A stretch of DNA of 64,000 nt, taken from the NCBI GenBank assembly GCA_004431415.1, contig QPMI01000162.1, positions 62,001-126,000 of the forward strand, given 5' to 3'. The position numbers were made by a program, and so were the translations under genes. A model generated the notes under the pieces. It searched no databases and had not been told where the DNA came from. It worked only from the letters and a program-made list of their open reading frames with translations. Below, in pieces: positions 32,238 through 42,972 of the stretch. The number at the start of each line of letters is the position of its first letter. Within the stretch, counting starts at the first letter, position 1. This DNA is from Cyanophora paradoxa CCMP329 (lineage: Eukaryota; Plantae; Glaucophyta).

Positions 32238-34192
32238 CCGTGTAAGACTTAAATACCGCGTCACAAATTAGCGCGTTCCAAAAATTTGGGCCCGATTTGC
32301 GCTTTACCGCGCTACCAAATTACCGCGTTCCATCGTCTTCGAAAACGTTTTATTTGTTACTAAATTGTTAGCAAAGAAGGGGGGCCCCCCAGCAGTCGCG
32401 GTCCCGGGCCCCCCTGCAGTCGCTACCCCTAGGCCTGCTGCTACAGTTAATGGCGTCGGCGTGAATCCTCAAGTTCAGCACATTGCGAGGCCATCTGCTA
32501 GCGCTGATACAGCTTCGGTCCCGGCTCCCTCGAGTTCTCGTTTGAGCTCGTCTGCCGATGCTAGCGCTAGCGCCGCTTCTGCCTCCACATTAATATGCCC
32601 TATTTGTGGAAAGAACTTTCAGTCTTCTGCTGATCGTGACCGTCATGTTCGGGCTGATAAACATCCTGCTAACGCCCGTGGCGTTCGCCGACCTCGAACC
32701 CCCTCTAGTTCAGAGAATCCTCCAGATCCTGTGCCTCCTGCCCAGCGCCCCCGCCTCCAGTCTCCGGATCCGGCACCCCAGTGCTTGCTCCAGCTCCTGC
32801 AGCTGCGGCTACATATGCCGAGCCCCGTCAGCCTGTTCCGACTTTGCGACGGATTCGCTCCCCTGCACCCTCACCGTCGCCACCTGCTCAGCGGCTCCGT
32901 ACTTCCCTGCCCCCCCTAGTCCTTCTCTGATACCTTCCGTTTCACGAATCCGCCGCCCCCGGTCTCCGTCGAATTCAACCTTGCCTCCCGATGCCGATCC
33001 GTCCCTGTCCATGTGTCTCGGCGCCTGCGGCTTTCCTCTCCTGTACCTTCGGCTTCCCCTCTGGCTGTCCCGCCAGATCCACCTCGCCCGCCGGTTCCTG
33101 CATGGCCCCCTTTGATTCATGATAGTCTTGTATCAATCTTCGCTTCACCTCAACTTAGTTTACCCTCAGTTGTTTTGCCGTCACCTCCATCAGATGCTTC
33201 ATCGATGTTAGTTAGGAGCACTGGCCCCCTCCACCTTCCAGTTCCTCGTGTATTCCATGCCTTCCCTGTACCTTTGATTCCGTTCCCTTTGTCGTTAGCT
33301 CTGCCTCTTCCTCCTCCATCTCTCACTGTTAGCCCTCAGGCAGTTCCGCCTCTTTATCTTCAGCGACCGTCAGACCGTATAGTTTTTGGCAGCGAGTATT
33401 TTGTGTATGGTGACGTTCCTCGTGTGTACCCTTCTCTCTCTTCTACTTCGCTATATTTGCCTCTCCGCCTGGTTCAGCCCCATCGTCTGCCTTCCCTGTC
33501 ACTACTGGCTTGCGTTTCGCCCCTCCTCTTATACTGCCGATTCCGAGTCTGCACCCGAGCTCTGCCCTTTCCTCGTGTCGTCCCCAGTTCCTCAGATTAG
33601 TCTTCAGCCGTCCATTGTTTTACCAACTCTACAATCTCGATTCCGTTTAGACACTCCGCCAGCTTCGACTTTCCCCTCTAGTGGTGTCCTACGTTTCGCC
33701 TCTCCTACTGTTCTACCGCCTTTGCCTCCTGCGACTACGTCTTCTAGTTCTGCTGTTAGCTCTGTCTTGTCGTCTTCGTCTAGATCTTCGTCTTCGACTG
33801 TAGTTCCTCGTGCTCGTTCTCCTTATTTGCTGCGTCCCCGTGCTCCTCGTCGTTCTAGTGTGACTAGTACTTCTGCATCGACGCCCTTGAGCTCTTCTAC
33901 TCCTTCTCCTCGTGCTCGTTCTCCTTATCTTTTGCGTTCTTCTGATCGTGTCCCTTCTCGTGATCCCTCTTGATTCTGTATATATTTTGTGCTAGTTTAC
34001 TGTATCTTTGATTTGTGATTGCTTTGTTGTCTTTAATATCACTACCTACGGGGGGTTCGCCCCACCGTAGTCTCTCAAAAAAAAAAGGTAATATTAATAC
34101 TGCGCTACCAAATTACTGCGTTCTAAAAATTTTCAGCGCGGTAATTTGGCAGCGCGGTAGTTAAGTCAGCGCGGTATATAAGTCTTACACGG
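32238..34192. mobile_element. Non-autonomous Tc1/mariner(pogo)-type TIR element with internal insert
   Basis: TIRs CCGTGTAAGACTTA(A/T)ATACCGCG at both ends, flanked by TA (32236-37, 34193-94). Subterminal ACCGCG...AAATTA(C)CGCG repeats. Confidence 0.85.
32345..34087 (+). mobile_element. Degenerate retroposon-like insert: C2H2 finger, T/C-biased body, 3' hairpin and poly(A) (5' limit approximate)
   Basis: CPICGKNFQSSADRDRHVRADKH (~32596-32665). C-terminal PRARSPYLLR x2, stop at 33973. Hairpin CTACGGGGGG-TTCG-CCCCACCGTAG (34046-34070) and A11 (34077-34087). Confidence 0.6.
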
Positions 34193-35114
34193 TAGCTATA
34201 GGCTGCTAGCTCGATATCGGCTATCGAGAATCGAGATCGAAAGGGCCCGGCGTCGACGTCGGCGCCCGAGCCGGCGCACGCGCGCGCTAGCGCTGGCGCC
34301 GCCTGGCGGCGCCGCGGCGTCACCGGCGAATTTGAATTCGAAATCATTCGATTTCCGGCATCGATCGCGAAATCATTTCGCGGGAGCGCTAGCTATAGCT
34401 CGATCTCGATTGGGCACTGGGCACTGCTAGGCCTAGGCTCATCAGTGCTAGCTCGATATCGATCGCGATCGCGATCAAAGCGAGATCTCGCTGATCATGA
34501 GTCGATCTAATTAAACGGGCCCGAACCCGCGGCCGGCGGCTTCCGAAGTTTTGTGCAGTGCAGCTGCATGCGCGCGCTATATGCGCACTGCAGCTGCTGC
34601 CGCAGTGCCCGGCCCTAGCGGCCTCCTGCAGCTAGGTCGCCGGACATGTGTACGCAAGCCGCTGAATCGCGCGCGCGCGCGGCGAACGCGGCCTCCAGCG
34701 CGCGCTAGCCTGCAGCTGCAGCGCTAGCTGGCGGGAGCTCGCATTCAGCAATCCGAATTTCGAAAAATTAATATTCCGAACCCGAGACTGCGGGGCCAGC
34801 TCCCCTCCCTGCAGCTAGCGCTGGCGCCGGCCATGGCAGCCCACGGGCCCCTAGATCGTTTCTAGATCGAGATCTGGCTCTTCGATTTCTCTTCTGACTA
34901 TTAAATATTCCTCCAATTCAAAATGATTCGCAATTTGCGAGCTGAAGTGCCTCATGACCGGGCGGACCCCATTCGCGAATCATGCATTGAAAGCCAATTG
35001 CGAGTGCCCCCCCCCCCCCCCCTCCCCCCCCACCGCCCATCCTGCCCCCATCCGAAAGCACCAAGCGAGAAGCAGCCTGACAGCTGACAGGTAGATCTGA
35101 ATTCAGAGCGAGGC

Positions 35115-36284
35115 CTAGGGCATGGGGGCCGCCTCGATGACCGAAGCGAAGTACGCGCCGCCCTCCGCCGCGCCCGACCGCACGCACTGCCGCGTGCACT
35201 CCGTGTTGCAGTCCTTCAGCGCCCTGCGCCCCGCCCGCCCCGCGGATCAAATCTCGGGTCCGACGGGATCGAATTTCTCCGGGCGCACGTCTGGCGGGAG
35301 GCGCGGGAGGCCGCCTCGTCGCCGCGCTCCTCGAGGCCCTTGACGAGGTCGTCCAGCGCGTTCTTGCACGGCTCCGAGCACGCCTGCGCTCGGCCCGGCC
35401 GTGAGGCTCGAGCTCGGGCGCGGCGGCGAGCGGGGCGGGTAGGAGAGGGGCGGCGCGCGCGCGCCCGGCCGGCCGCACCTGGTTGCAGGCGAGGAACGCG
35501 GTCTTCCCTCCGAAGCCCTGCGGCGCGCGCGCGGCCAGCGGGAGAGCGTCAGCAAGCCAGCCGGCTGCGGCGTGCCGCAGTGCGCATGCACAGCCGCGGG
35601 GAGGGACTGCACGCACGTCGATGCAGCTCTCCTTCTCGAGGCCCCCGATGTCGCTGTGGGCGCAGGCCCTGCGAGGCGGCTCGGAGGGGCGCGCGAGACA
35701 CGGGGACGGACCCGCACGCGCCTGGCCTGGTACCCGTTGCCGCTCTTCTCCACGGAAACCGAGCCGGAGAGCGTGTGGCCGGCCAGACCGTCCGCGGCCC
35801 ATGCCGGCGACGCGAAGGAAAGCACCGCCGCGAGCAGGAGGCTGGCTGCGCGAGGAGCTGCGGGCGGGACGTCAGCCCCGAGAGAGATAGAGAGAGAAGC
35901 ACGGCTGGCGGCCGCACGCACCATTCGCACGGCTCGAGCTCGCCGCCTCGGCGTTTGCGGACGCCAGGATCGGCACCGACGCGCTAGCTACGGGCTCCAT
36001 CGTGCGCTTGCTCCGCTCCCCGCGGAGCGCCCTTCTCATGCACGGGCGCGCACGCGACGGTGAGACCGCGCCTCTGTGCCCCGAGCCCGCCGCCTAGCAC
36101 ACTCACCGCGACTCCCGCACGTGCCCAGGAATGAGTTGCGGCGCCTGCGGGGCCCGCGTGGACCTCGCCTGCGTCTCGCGCGGTCAGGCTAGCGGGAGGA
36201 GCGGCCGTCGGGTCAGCAACGAACCCAGCAGCACGCGCCACCGTGCGCCGTCGTCGGGGCGGCCAGAGCTGCGAACGCGGCCAT
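35115..36284 (-). CDS. Putative thylakoid-lumen small Cys-rich protein (bipartite targeting), multi-exon
   Basis: MAAFAALAAP start, hydrophobic LLLAAVLSFASPAWA|A signal, and a mature part with ACAHSD..ESCID, LACNQ|ACSEPCKNAL and DCNTECTRQCVRSG. Confidence 0.65.
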
Positions 36285-36494
36285 ATCTTTTCTACCCCTG
36301 GAATCAATTCACGCTGTACCCCGGCCAATCTATTCGTGCAGTCGGAGTCCGCGAAGCAGAGCGAGGCGTAGCTACGCCAAAAACCACATCAACTACGCTG
36401 GGCGCAGGTATAGAACGCTATCCAATCGCAGCACAACGCGCGCGGCGATTCTCGGCCTTCTGGCCAGTTAGCCGCTCGAAACACACGCCCAACA

Positions 36495-38447
36495 ATGGCG
36501 AGCTCAACAAGAAGGCCAGCATCAGCATCGGTGGTGACAGCGGCATCGCTGGGCCTAGACGCGAGCCGGCCTCCGATAGACGAAAGGCACAGCGACAAGG
36601 CCCGCTATGCATGGGGCGGCGAGATTGCAGGCGCCGCAGTTTACAAGCCTCGTGAGGCACCGAAGGCGAGCCCCCCCTCCCCGGGCGCGGCGCGAGCGGC
36701 GGCTGAACTCGCCTCGCAGTTCCGAGCGCTGTCCGCAGGGGCGAAGTCCATGTTCGTAGGTGGTGCGCGCGTCCCCTTTCGCCTCTCCGGCCGCCGCGCG
36801 CTCCCCGCGGAGGCCGACGGTCCCGGCAGGCACGAGCTACAGCCGGAACACGCCGGCGCCGCCGGAGCAGACGCTCCCGGCGCACCCGAAGACGTACGAG
36901 GACACGTTCTCGGCGACCGTGCAGTCCCTCCCCAGCGAGGCGGCGCCCTCCCGCAACATCAGCACCGCCCCGTGCGCCCCGCCGCCGCGCCCCTCGCCGC
37001 GCAGCCGCCCCTTCTAAGCCGGCGGCCCGTCGCCAGGGCGCGGCTGGGGAGCACCCTGGGCCCGCCCACGCAGCACTTCCCGTTCGGGGCGTACCACGTG
37101 CCGGGGTACACGGGCCTCGTGCCCCGCATCGGGGAGGTCTCGGACGGGGTGGGGAAGCCCAAGCCCTACACGGAGGCGACGGCGGACGCGCTTGCGCTTT
37201 TCGAGGCGGCGCGCCGCAAAAAGGGCAACAACAACGGCGTCCCGGAGAACGTGCCCGTGCTGGGCCGCCGGGCCATGAACGACCGGCTGGAGCGGCTGCA
37301 GCAGGCGTTCGAGCGGAGCCAGCGGAAGCTGGCGGACGACACGGCGGCGGTGAACCGGATGATCGCGGGGTACGGCGGGCACGTCCACGGCTTCCAGAAC
37401 GCCCACGCCCGCACCTTCGGCGACGCCGTCCGGCACCTCGAGGCGGTCCGCCCGCCCGCGCCCGCGGGCCGGCCCGGGCGCTCGCCCCGCCCGCCGGCGG
37501 CCCGCCGGCTGACGGGGCGCGCCCGCCGCGCAGAACCCGCCGACGGTGGACCCGGGCCCGCTGTGCGACACGTTCGCCTCGCAGCGGGGCGTCCTGGGCG
37601 TCGGGGACGGCGCGCCCCCGGAGAAGCCGCAGCTGCCCCCCGCGGGGGACGACTACGTGCTGGCGGGGTACGGCGGCCACGTGCCGGGCCTGCGGGACGC
37701 GGCCGGCCCGACGCAGGGCGACTACACGCGGGGGTACCTGCAGCGGCGGCGCGCGGGGTACGACATCGCGTCGGCCGCCGGCAGCAGCGCGCACGGGGAG
37801 GACGCCTCGCACCGCTCCTCCCTGCCCCTCGGGCCCCGCTACAACGGCATACCCCGCAACCAGGCGAGGCCCCGTACCCCGCCCCTTCCCCTTCCTTCCC
37901 TGCCGGGCTCACGCGCCGTCGCGCGCAGGTCCCGAAGCCCTGGCAGGTCCGGTACATCCCGGGGTACGCCGGCTCCATCCCCAACCGCAACGTGAGCCCA
38001 CGCCCGCGTACCCCCCACGCGCTTCGGTTCCGCCCGGATTCGAACCCGCGCGCGCCCGCCGACCCGCCCGCCGGGCAGTTCTACTACGGGCGCGACTACT
38101 ACAAGGAGGCGTCGCTCGCCCGGGACGGCGTGCCGCCGCCGTACCCCCCGAAGCTGGTCGAGCGGGAGCTGCAGCCCGGCAGCTGGAAGGCCGAGCCGGT
38201 GGGGTACACCGGCTGCGTCCCGCGCGACGCCAAGGCCCGCCCCTCGCAGACGCAGGTTCGATTTCCCGCGGGCCCGGCGCCCTTGCCGCTCTGCTCTGCT
38301 CGGGGCGCGCCGGCTTACTGGGGGCGCCCTGCCCCCGGTTCACAGGTGCTGGAGGCGAGCGCGATGGTGGGAGAGGTGTCGACGAGGCCGCGGCCGCAGC
38401 ACACGCAGCCCGCCCCGCCCCGCGGGCCCCAACTCGCCCACGAGTAG
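36495..38447 (+). CDS. FAM166/CIMIP2-like ciliary microtubule inner protein (PGYxGxxP repeats), multi-exon
   Basis: Repeated motifs YHVPGYTGLVP, IAGYGGHVHG, LAGYGGHVPG, YIPGYAGSIP and VGYTGCVP. Confidence 0.7.
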   Translation: MASSTRRPASASVVTAASLGLDASRPPIDERHSDKARYAWGGEIAGAAVYKPREAPKASPPSPGAARAAAELASQFRALSAGAKSMFVGGARVPFRLSGRRALPAEADGPGRHELQPEHAGAAGADAPGAPEDVRGHVLGDRAVPPQRGGALPQHQHRPVRPAAAPLAAQPPLLSRRPVARARLGSTLGPPTQHFPFGAYHVPGYTGLVPRIGEVSDGVGKPKPYTEATADALALFEAARRKKGNNNGVPENVPVLGRRAMNDRLERLQQAFERSQRKLADDTAAVNRMIAGYGGHVHGFQNAHARTFGDAVRHLEAVRPPAPAGRPGRSPRPPAARRLTGRARRAEPADGGPGPAVRHVRLAAGRPGRRGRRAPGEAAAAPRGGRLRAGGVRRPRAGPAGRGRPDAGRLHAGVPAAAARGVRHRVGRRQQRARGGRLAPLLPAPRAPLQRHTPQPGEAPYPAPSPSFPAGLTRRRAQVPKPWQVRYIPGYAGSIPNRNVSPRPRTPHALRFRPDSNPRAPADPPAGQFYYGRDYYKEASLARDGVPPPYPPKLVERELQPGSWKAEPVGYTGCVPRDAKARPSQTQVRFPAGPAPLPLCSARGAPAYWGRPAPGSQVLEASAMVGEVSTRPRPQHTQPAPPRGPQLAHE

Positions 38448-38882
38448 CTTTGCTCTACGCGGCAACATCTCCCCCATGCCCCTACGCCTTCCCCACTTCC
38501 TCCAACTGTAACCACCCCCAGCTTCGCCCCGGCCCCTCCATTTCCCTTCCGTCCTCAGCAACCGAGCTTGGTAGAGGCTCTTGCTATAAATATTCACGAA
38601 CAGGTATTGTCGATCACGCAACCGGGCGTGCGTGAGCCCTCGTGCACCGTTGTACTCCCGGCCCCGCGCCACGCCGTATACGCGTACGCGCCGCGGCGGA
38701 GCTCCGGATCCGCGGCCTGGTGTGAGCGGCTGGATATCGATTGGAAAGTTGCTCCGAGGCTCCCGAGTCCGCGTATGCCAATAGCTAACGTTAACTGCGT
38801 GTGCGAATTCGAAGTCATAAAGCGAAACCTCGCGGTCGCGGCCGTGCACGGTGCACGTGTCACAGTGTGCGGGAAGCGAGAA

Positions 38883-39113
38883 CGAAACTCCGGTGCGAAG
38901 CCTGAAGCGGGCCTTAAGTTCCCGGATCCGGGAGCTTAAACGAAACTCCGGCGCGAAGCGGGCCTTAAGTTCCCGGATCCGGGAGCTTAAGCGGAACTTC
39001 GGTGCGAAGCGGGCCTTAAGTTCCCGGATCCGGGAGCTTAAACGAAACTCCGGCGCGAAGCGGGCCTTAAGTTCCCGGATTCGGGAACTCAAGCGAAACT
39101 CCGTGTGCGAAGC
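38883..39113. repeat. 51-bp tandem repeat (~4.4 copies), each unit with a 26-bp near-perfect palindrome
   Basis: Unit CGAAACTCCGGCGCGAAGCGGGCCTTAAGTTCCCGGATCCGGGAGCTTAAA. Confidence 0.9.
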
Positions 39114-39383
39114 ATCTGTGTGAAGCTGCAAGCCGGCCTGGCGGCCTACTCAGCGCGCGCGGCGCCGGCCTCTCAACGCATCAGCCCTTTGCAGGCAGCG
39201 GCAGACGCCGGCAGCATACCGTGACAGCGGGAGCCGCTCGGACAGTAGGCCCGCGCGAAGTCGGCGTGAGCACAAGCAGCACAAGCAACCTCCAAAAGCG
39301 AGGCTGATAGATAGCATCACATGAAGCCCAGTCCGAGTTGTGCGTAGCGCGGCGGGCGCCGTGGCAATCCAGCTTGGAGTACG

Positions 39384-40821
39384 ATGCGCCTGGTCTTCGT
39401 CTCGGACACGCACAACAGGCACAAAGATATCCGCATCCCTGCAGGGGATGTGCTCGTGCACTGTGGTGCGCGGCGCCCGTTGAAACTTCCCGGCCCCCGC
39501 GCCGCGGCCGCGCCGATCTTGATCTGACGCCGGGAGCGTGCTGTGCGGGCGCAGGTGACTGGAGCGAGACAGGGAGCGAGAATGAAGGTGTGAGCCTGAG
39601 CCGGAGCGCCCGCATTGAGTCCGGTCGTTTTCATGCGCACCGGCTGCGATGAAGAGCGGCTAGCGAGGCCGCTGCGCCTGCGCCGCAGGGCGCTGACGCG
39701 CTCGCGCGCAGTTCGGGATTTCGCGGCGTGGCTGAGGGAGCAGCCCTTCGTGCACAAGGTCCTCATCGCCGGTGCGCTTTCCCGCCGCGCGCCGCGCCTC
39801 GCGCCCACGCGGCCCCGGGGCCAGGCAACCACGACGCGACCTTCGACCAGGCCTGGTACGAGCGGAACTGGCGCCAGTTCAAAACGAAGCGCCCCGCTGA
39901 CTCTCGCGCACTGAAGGTCCGTCCCGTCCGACCCGGCCGAGGCCATCGCCGCCCTCCGCAATCGCCCTCGCGTCGTCCACAGCGTACCCGTCTTCGCCGT
40001 CTCGCTGTGCCTCTCGTTCCTTGACCCGAATCCCCCGGCAGAATCTCCTACCCCAGTCCGCCGTCTACCTCCAGGACGGCTTCTGCGACGTGGCCGGGCT
40101 CCGCTTTTACGGTAGCCCCCACTGCCACACTCGCTGGAACAACGTGTACGTACCCCTGCACCCTCGGCGCGGTACCCCCTCATACCCCTCCATGGCCAGG
40201 GCCTTCACGACGAAGCAGGAGCCGAGCGCCTGCTCCGGAGGCCTGCGGCGTGCGCCCGGACCCGGAACGCCCGTCAATCGCGTACCCCCCCGGGGCCGAC
40301 ACGGGGGCGGCAGGCCTGCACGAGGCGCTGGCGGAGGGGCGGCAGCCCGACGCGCTCCTCGTCCACGGCCCGCCCGCCGGCGTCCTCGACAAGGCGGGCC
40401 CCGTACCCCCTTTCTGACCGCGTACCCCCGTTGACCCGCTGTTGCAGAGCTTTGACGGGAAGCAGTGCGGCTGCCGCCACCTGCGTACCCTCCTCGACAG
40501 CGGCGCGCTGCGCCCGAAGCTCGTCGCTTCGGGGCACATCCACGTGCGAGCCTCTTCCCTTGTGCCCCTCCTCGTCCCCACGGTCCCCTGCAGGAGGGGT
40601 ACGGGTACACGCAGCTGGAGCTCCCGGGCGAAGAGGGGGGTACGGCGCTGGCGCTAAACGCGTCGAGCTGCACGCTGGACTACAAGCCGGTCAACGCCCC
40701 CGTGGTCGTCGACTGGGCCGCCGGCGGCCCGCGCGTGGTGGAGGGCGGGCGGCCCGTCGCCGGCGGGCGGGTGCAGCTGAAAGGCCCGCCAGCTTCGACC
40801 CAGCAGGAGCCGGCGCCTTAG
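39384..40821 (+). CDS. Calcineurin-like metallophosphoesterase (MPPED1/2, 239FB-like), copy A
   Basis: MRLVFVSDTH, GDVLVHCG|D, VLIA|GNHD, LLVHGPP, GHIH|EGYG and NASSC. Confidence 0.88.
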
Positions 40822-41065
40822 AATCGGCTGCTCGACTGCTTGACCGAATTGGCGCTATCGCGAGGCGCGATTCGAGTTCGCGCCCACCGCTTCGTTCCAC
40901 GTGCTTGATGTGTTAATACTTCTATGATACATGACATTAGATCTGCTTTTTATACTAAAAGATAACATCAGTCACGGAGTGGGAGCCGAGGCCTAGGAAC
41001 CCGCCGCAGCAGCTGGGAAACCCGCCGCAGCAGCTGGGCCTCAGGGGCCCTAAATATAGCTATGG

Positions 41066-42709
41066 CTAGGCCTCCTGGAAGTCGAACGCGGGGTCCAGCT
41101 CCGAAGGCTCGCTGAGCAGGGGTAGGCTGGCGACGGGAAGGGGCCCCCGGCCCCTCGTCGCGTCGCCCCCGCCCGAGACCACCGCCGGCCCGCCCGCGCC
41201 CCACTCCACGACCACGGGCTCGTTCAGGGGCCCCCACACCGTCACGGGCACCGACGAGGCGTTTACCGCCAGCGCCAGCGCGTCGGCGTCGGCGTCGTAC
41301 CCCTCCGGGACCTCCGGCGGGGGCGGCGGCAGGCGGAGAGCCAAGTGGCCGTACCCCTCCTGCGAGGGACCGTGGGGACGAGAGGGGGTAGAGGGGAAGA
41401 AGCTCGCACGTGGATGTGCCCCGAAGCGACGAGCTTCGGGCGCAGCCCGCCGCTGTCGAGGAGGGTACGCAGGTGGCGGCAGCCGCCCCGGACGCCTCGA
41501 ATGGACTGGGGGAGGAAAGTCAAATGCGCGTTGGGGGTACGCGGTCAGAAGGGGGGTACGGGGCGCGCTTTGTCGAGGACGCCGGCGGGCGGGCCGTGGA
41601 CGAGGAGCGCGTCGGGCTGCCGCCCCTCCGCCAGCGCCTCGTGCAGGCCTGCCGCCCCCGTGTCGGCCCCGGGGGGGTACGCGATTGACGGGCGTTCCGG
41701 GTCCGGGCGCACGCCGCAGGCCTCCGGAGCAGGCCCCCTGCTCCTGCTTCGTCGTGAAGGCCCTGGCCATGGAGGGGTATGAGGGGTTACCGCGACGGGG
41801 GCGCAGGGGTACGAACATGTTGTTGTACTTTGAGTGGCAGTGGGGGCTACCGTAAAAGCGGAGCCCCGCCACGTCGCAGAAGGCATCCTCGAGGTAGGTG
41901 CAGACCCCGTTGAAGAGCTGCTATCGTGGGTTCGAATCCGGGCGAGCCCTTTTCTAAAGGGCCCCGCACGGAATGGAAGACAACGCGGTAATCGGCGAAG
42001 TCGTCGCTCTCGCCGAGGCGGTGCAGGTTCGCGGAGACCGACCTGGATGGGTTATCGGGATCGGCGCGACGGGGCTTGAGCGCGACACGAGGCGGGGCCT
42101 GCGTGCGATCAGTCAGCGGGGCTCAAGTTTGAAAGCGGGCTCAGAGCACGGCGCACCCGGCGCAGACCGATGCGGGGCAAATGTTGCGTCGTGGTTGCCT
42201 GGCCGTGGGTCCGCGTGGGCGAGAGGCGCGGCGTGCGGCGGGAAAGCGCACCGGCGATGAGGACCTTGTGCGCGAAGGGCTGCTCCCTCAGCCACGCCGC
42301 AAAGTCCCGAACTGTGCGCAAGCGCGTCATTGATTAGTGCCCTGCGGCGCAGGCGCAGCGGCCTCCGACTTGGCCCTAAGGCTGGCCACTCTTCATCGCA
42401 GCCGGTGCGTATGAAACGACGGCGCCCTGGGCGATGCGGGCGCGCTCTCTGCTCATCGGTGCGAGAGCAGCCAAGGGCACCTTCTTCTTTGGTGCCTAGC
42501 TCGGTGAAGTCACCTGCGCCCGCGCGCGACGGCGATCAGGTGCATGTCAATCGAGTCCCTCGGCCTCGAGCCCGGCGCTTCGCCCGCGCGCTAACCGCGC
42601 GCCGGCACACCTCAAGCGCATACGCACCGCAGTGCACCAGGACGTCGCCTGCGGGGAGCTGCAGCTGTCCGTGAAGGTTGTGCGTGTCCGAAACGAGGAC
42701 CAGACGCAT
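41066..42709 (-). CDS. Calcineurin-like metallophosphoesterase (MPPED-like), inverted paralog, copy B
   Basis: MRLVLVSDTHNLH..GDVLVHCG|DFTE, GNHD, HGPP, GHIH|EGYG and NASS. Intron positions are shared with copy A. Confidence 0.85.
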
Positions 42710-42972
42710 CGCAGCCTGCCGGGCTGGCGGGGGCTGCAAGAGCACCGGCTTCAACGGCCAGCCGCCGAGCAGCGCTCTCCAGGGAAGCCAGTAGATGCAG
42801 AAGGCGCAGTGATTAGACTGTACCCGTCTCGTGAGAACGCAGCTGAAAGCTGGCGAGGAATTTGAAGCTGGCGCGGGCGGGCCTCGCGCGTGTTCTCCGT
42901 GCGGGCCTTCGGGCGCACGCGACCGCGCGGCCCCTGAGCGTCAGCGCAAGTGGAGAAGTCGACGGCGCCCTG

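Noticed and set aside
32380-32445. HDV-like or hammerhead ribozyme at the 5' end of the insert
   Set aside because: Only a short GGCCCCCC(A/T)GCAGTCGC duplication. I could not fold the required pseudoknot or find the CUGANGA/GAAA core.
32307-34123. 25-bp target-site duplication around the poly(A) insert
   Set aside because: The right copy is separated from the poly(A) by ~11 nt and the motif recurs several times in both arms, so it is a subterminal repeat.
38883-39113. CRISPR array
   Set aside because: The 'spacers' are near-identical, there are no cas genes, and the context is eukaryotic. It is a tandem repeat.
38340-39131. 263-aa repeat ORF (FRLSSRIRELKAR)n
   Set aside because: A by-product of a 51-bp (3n) repeat that is open on both strands, with no other coding evidence.
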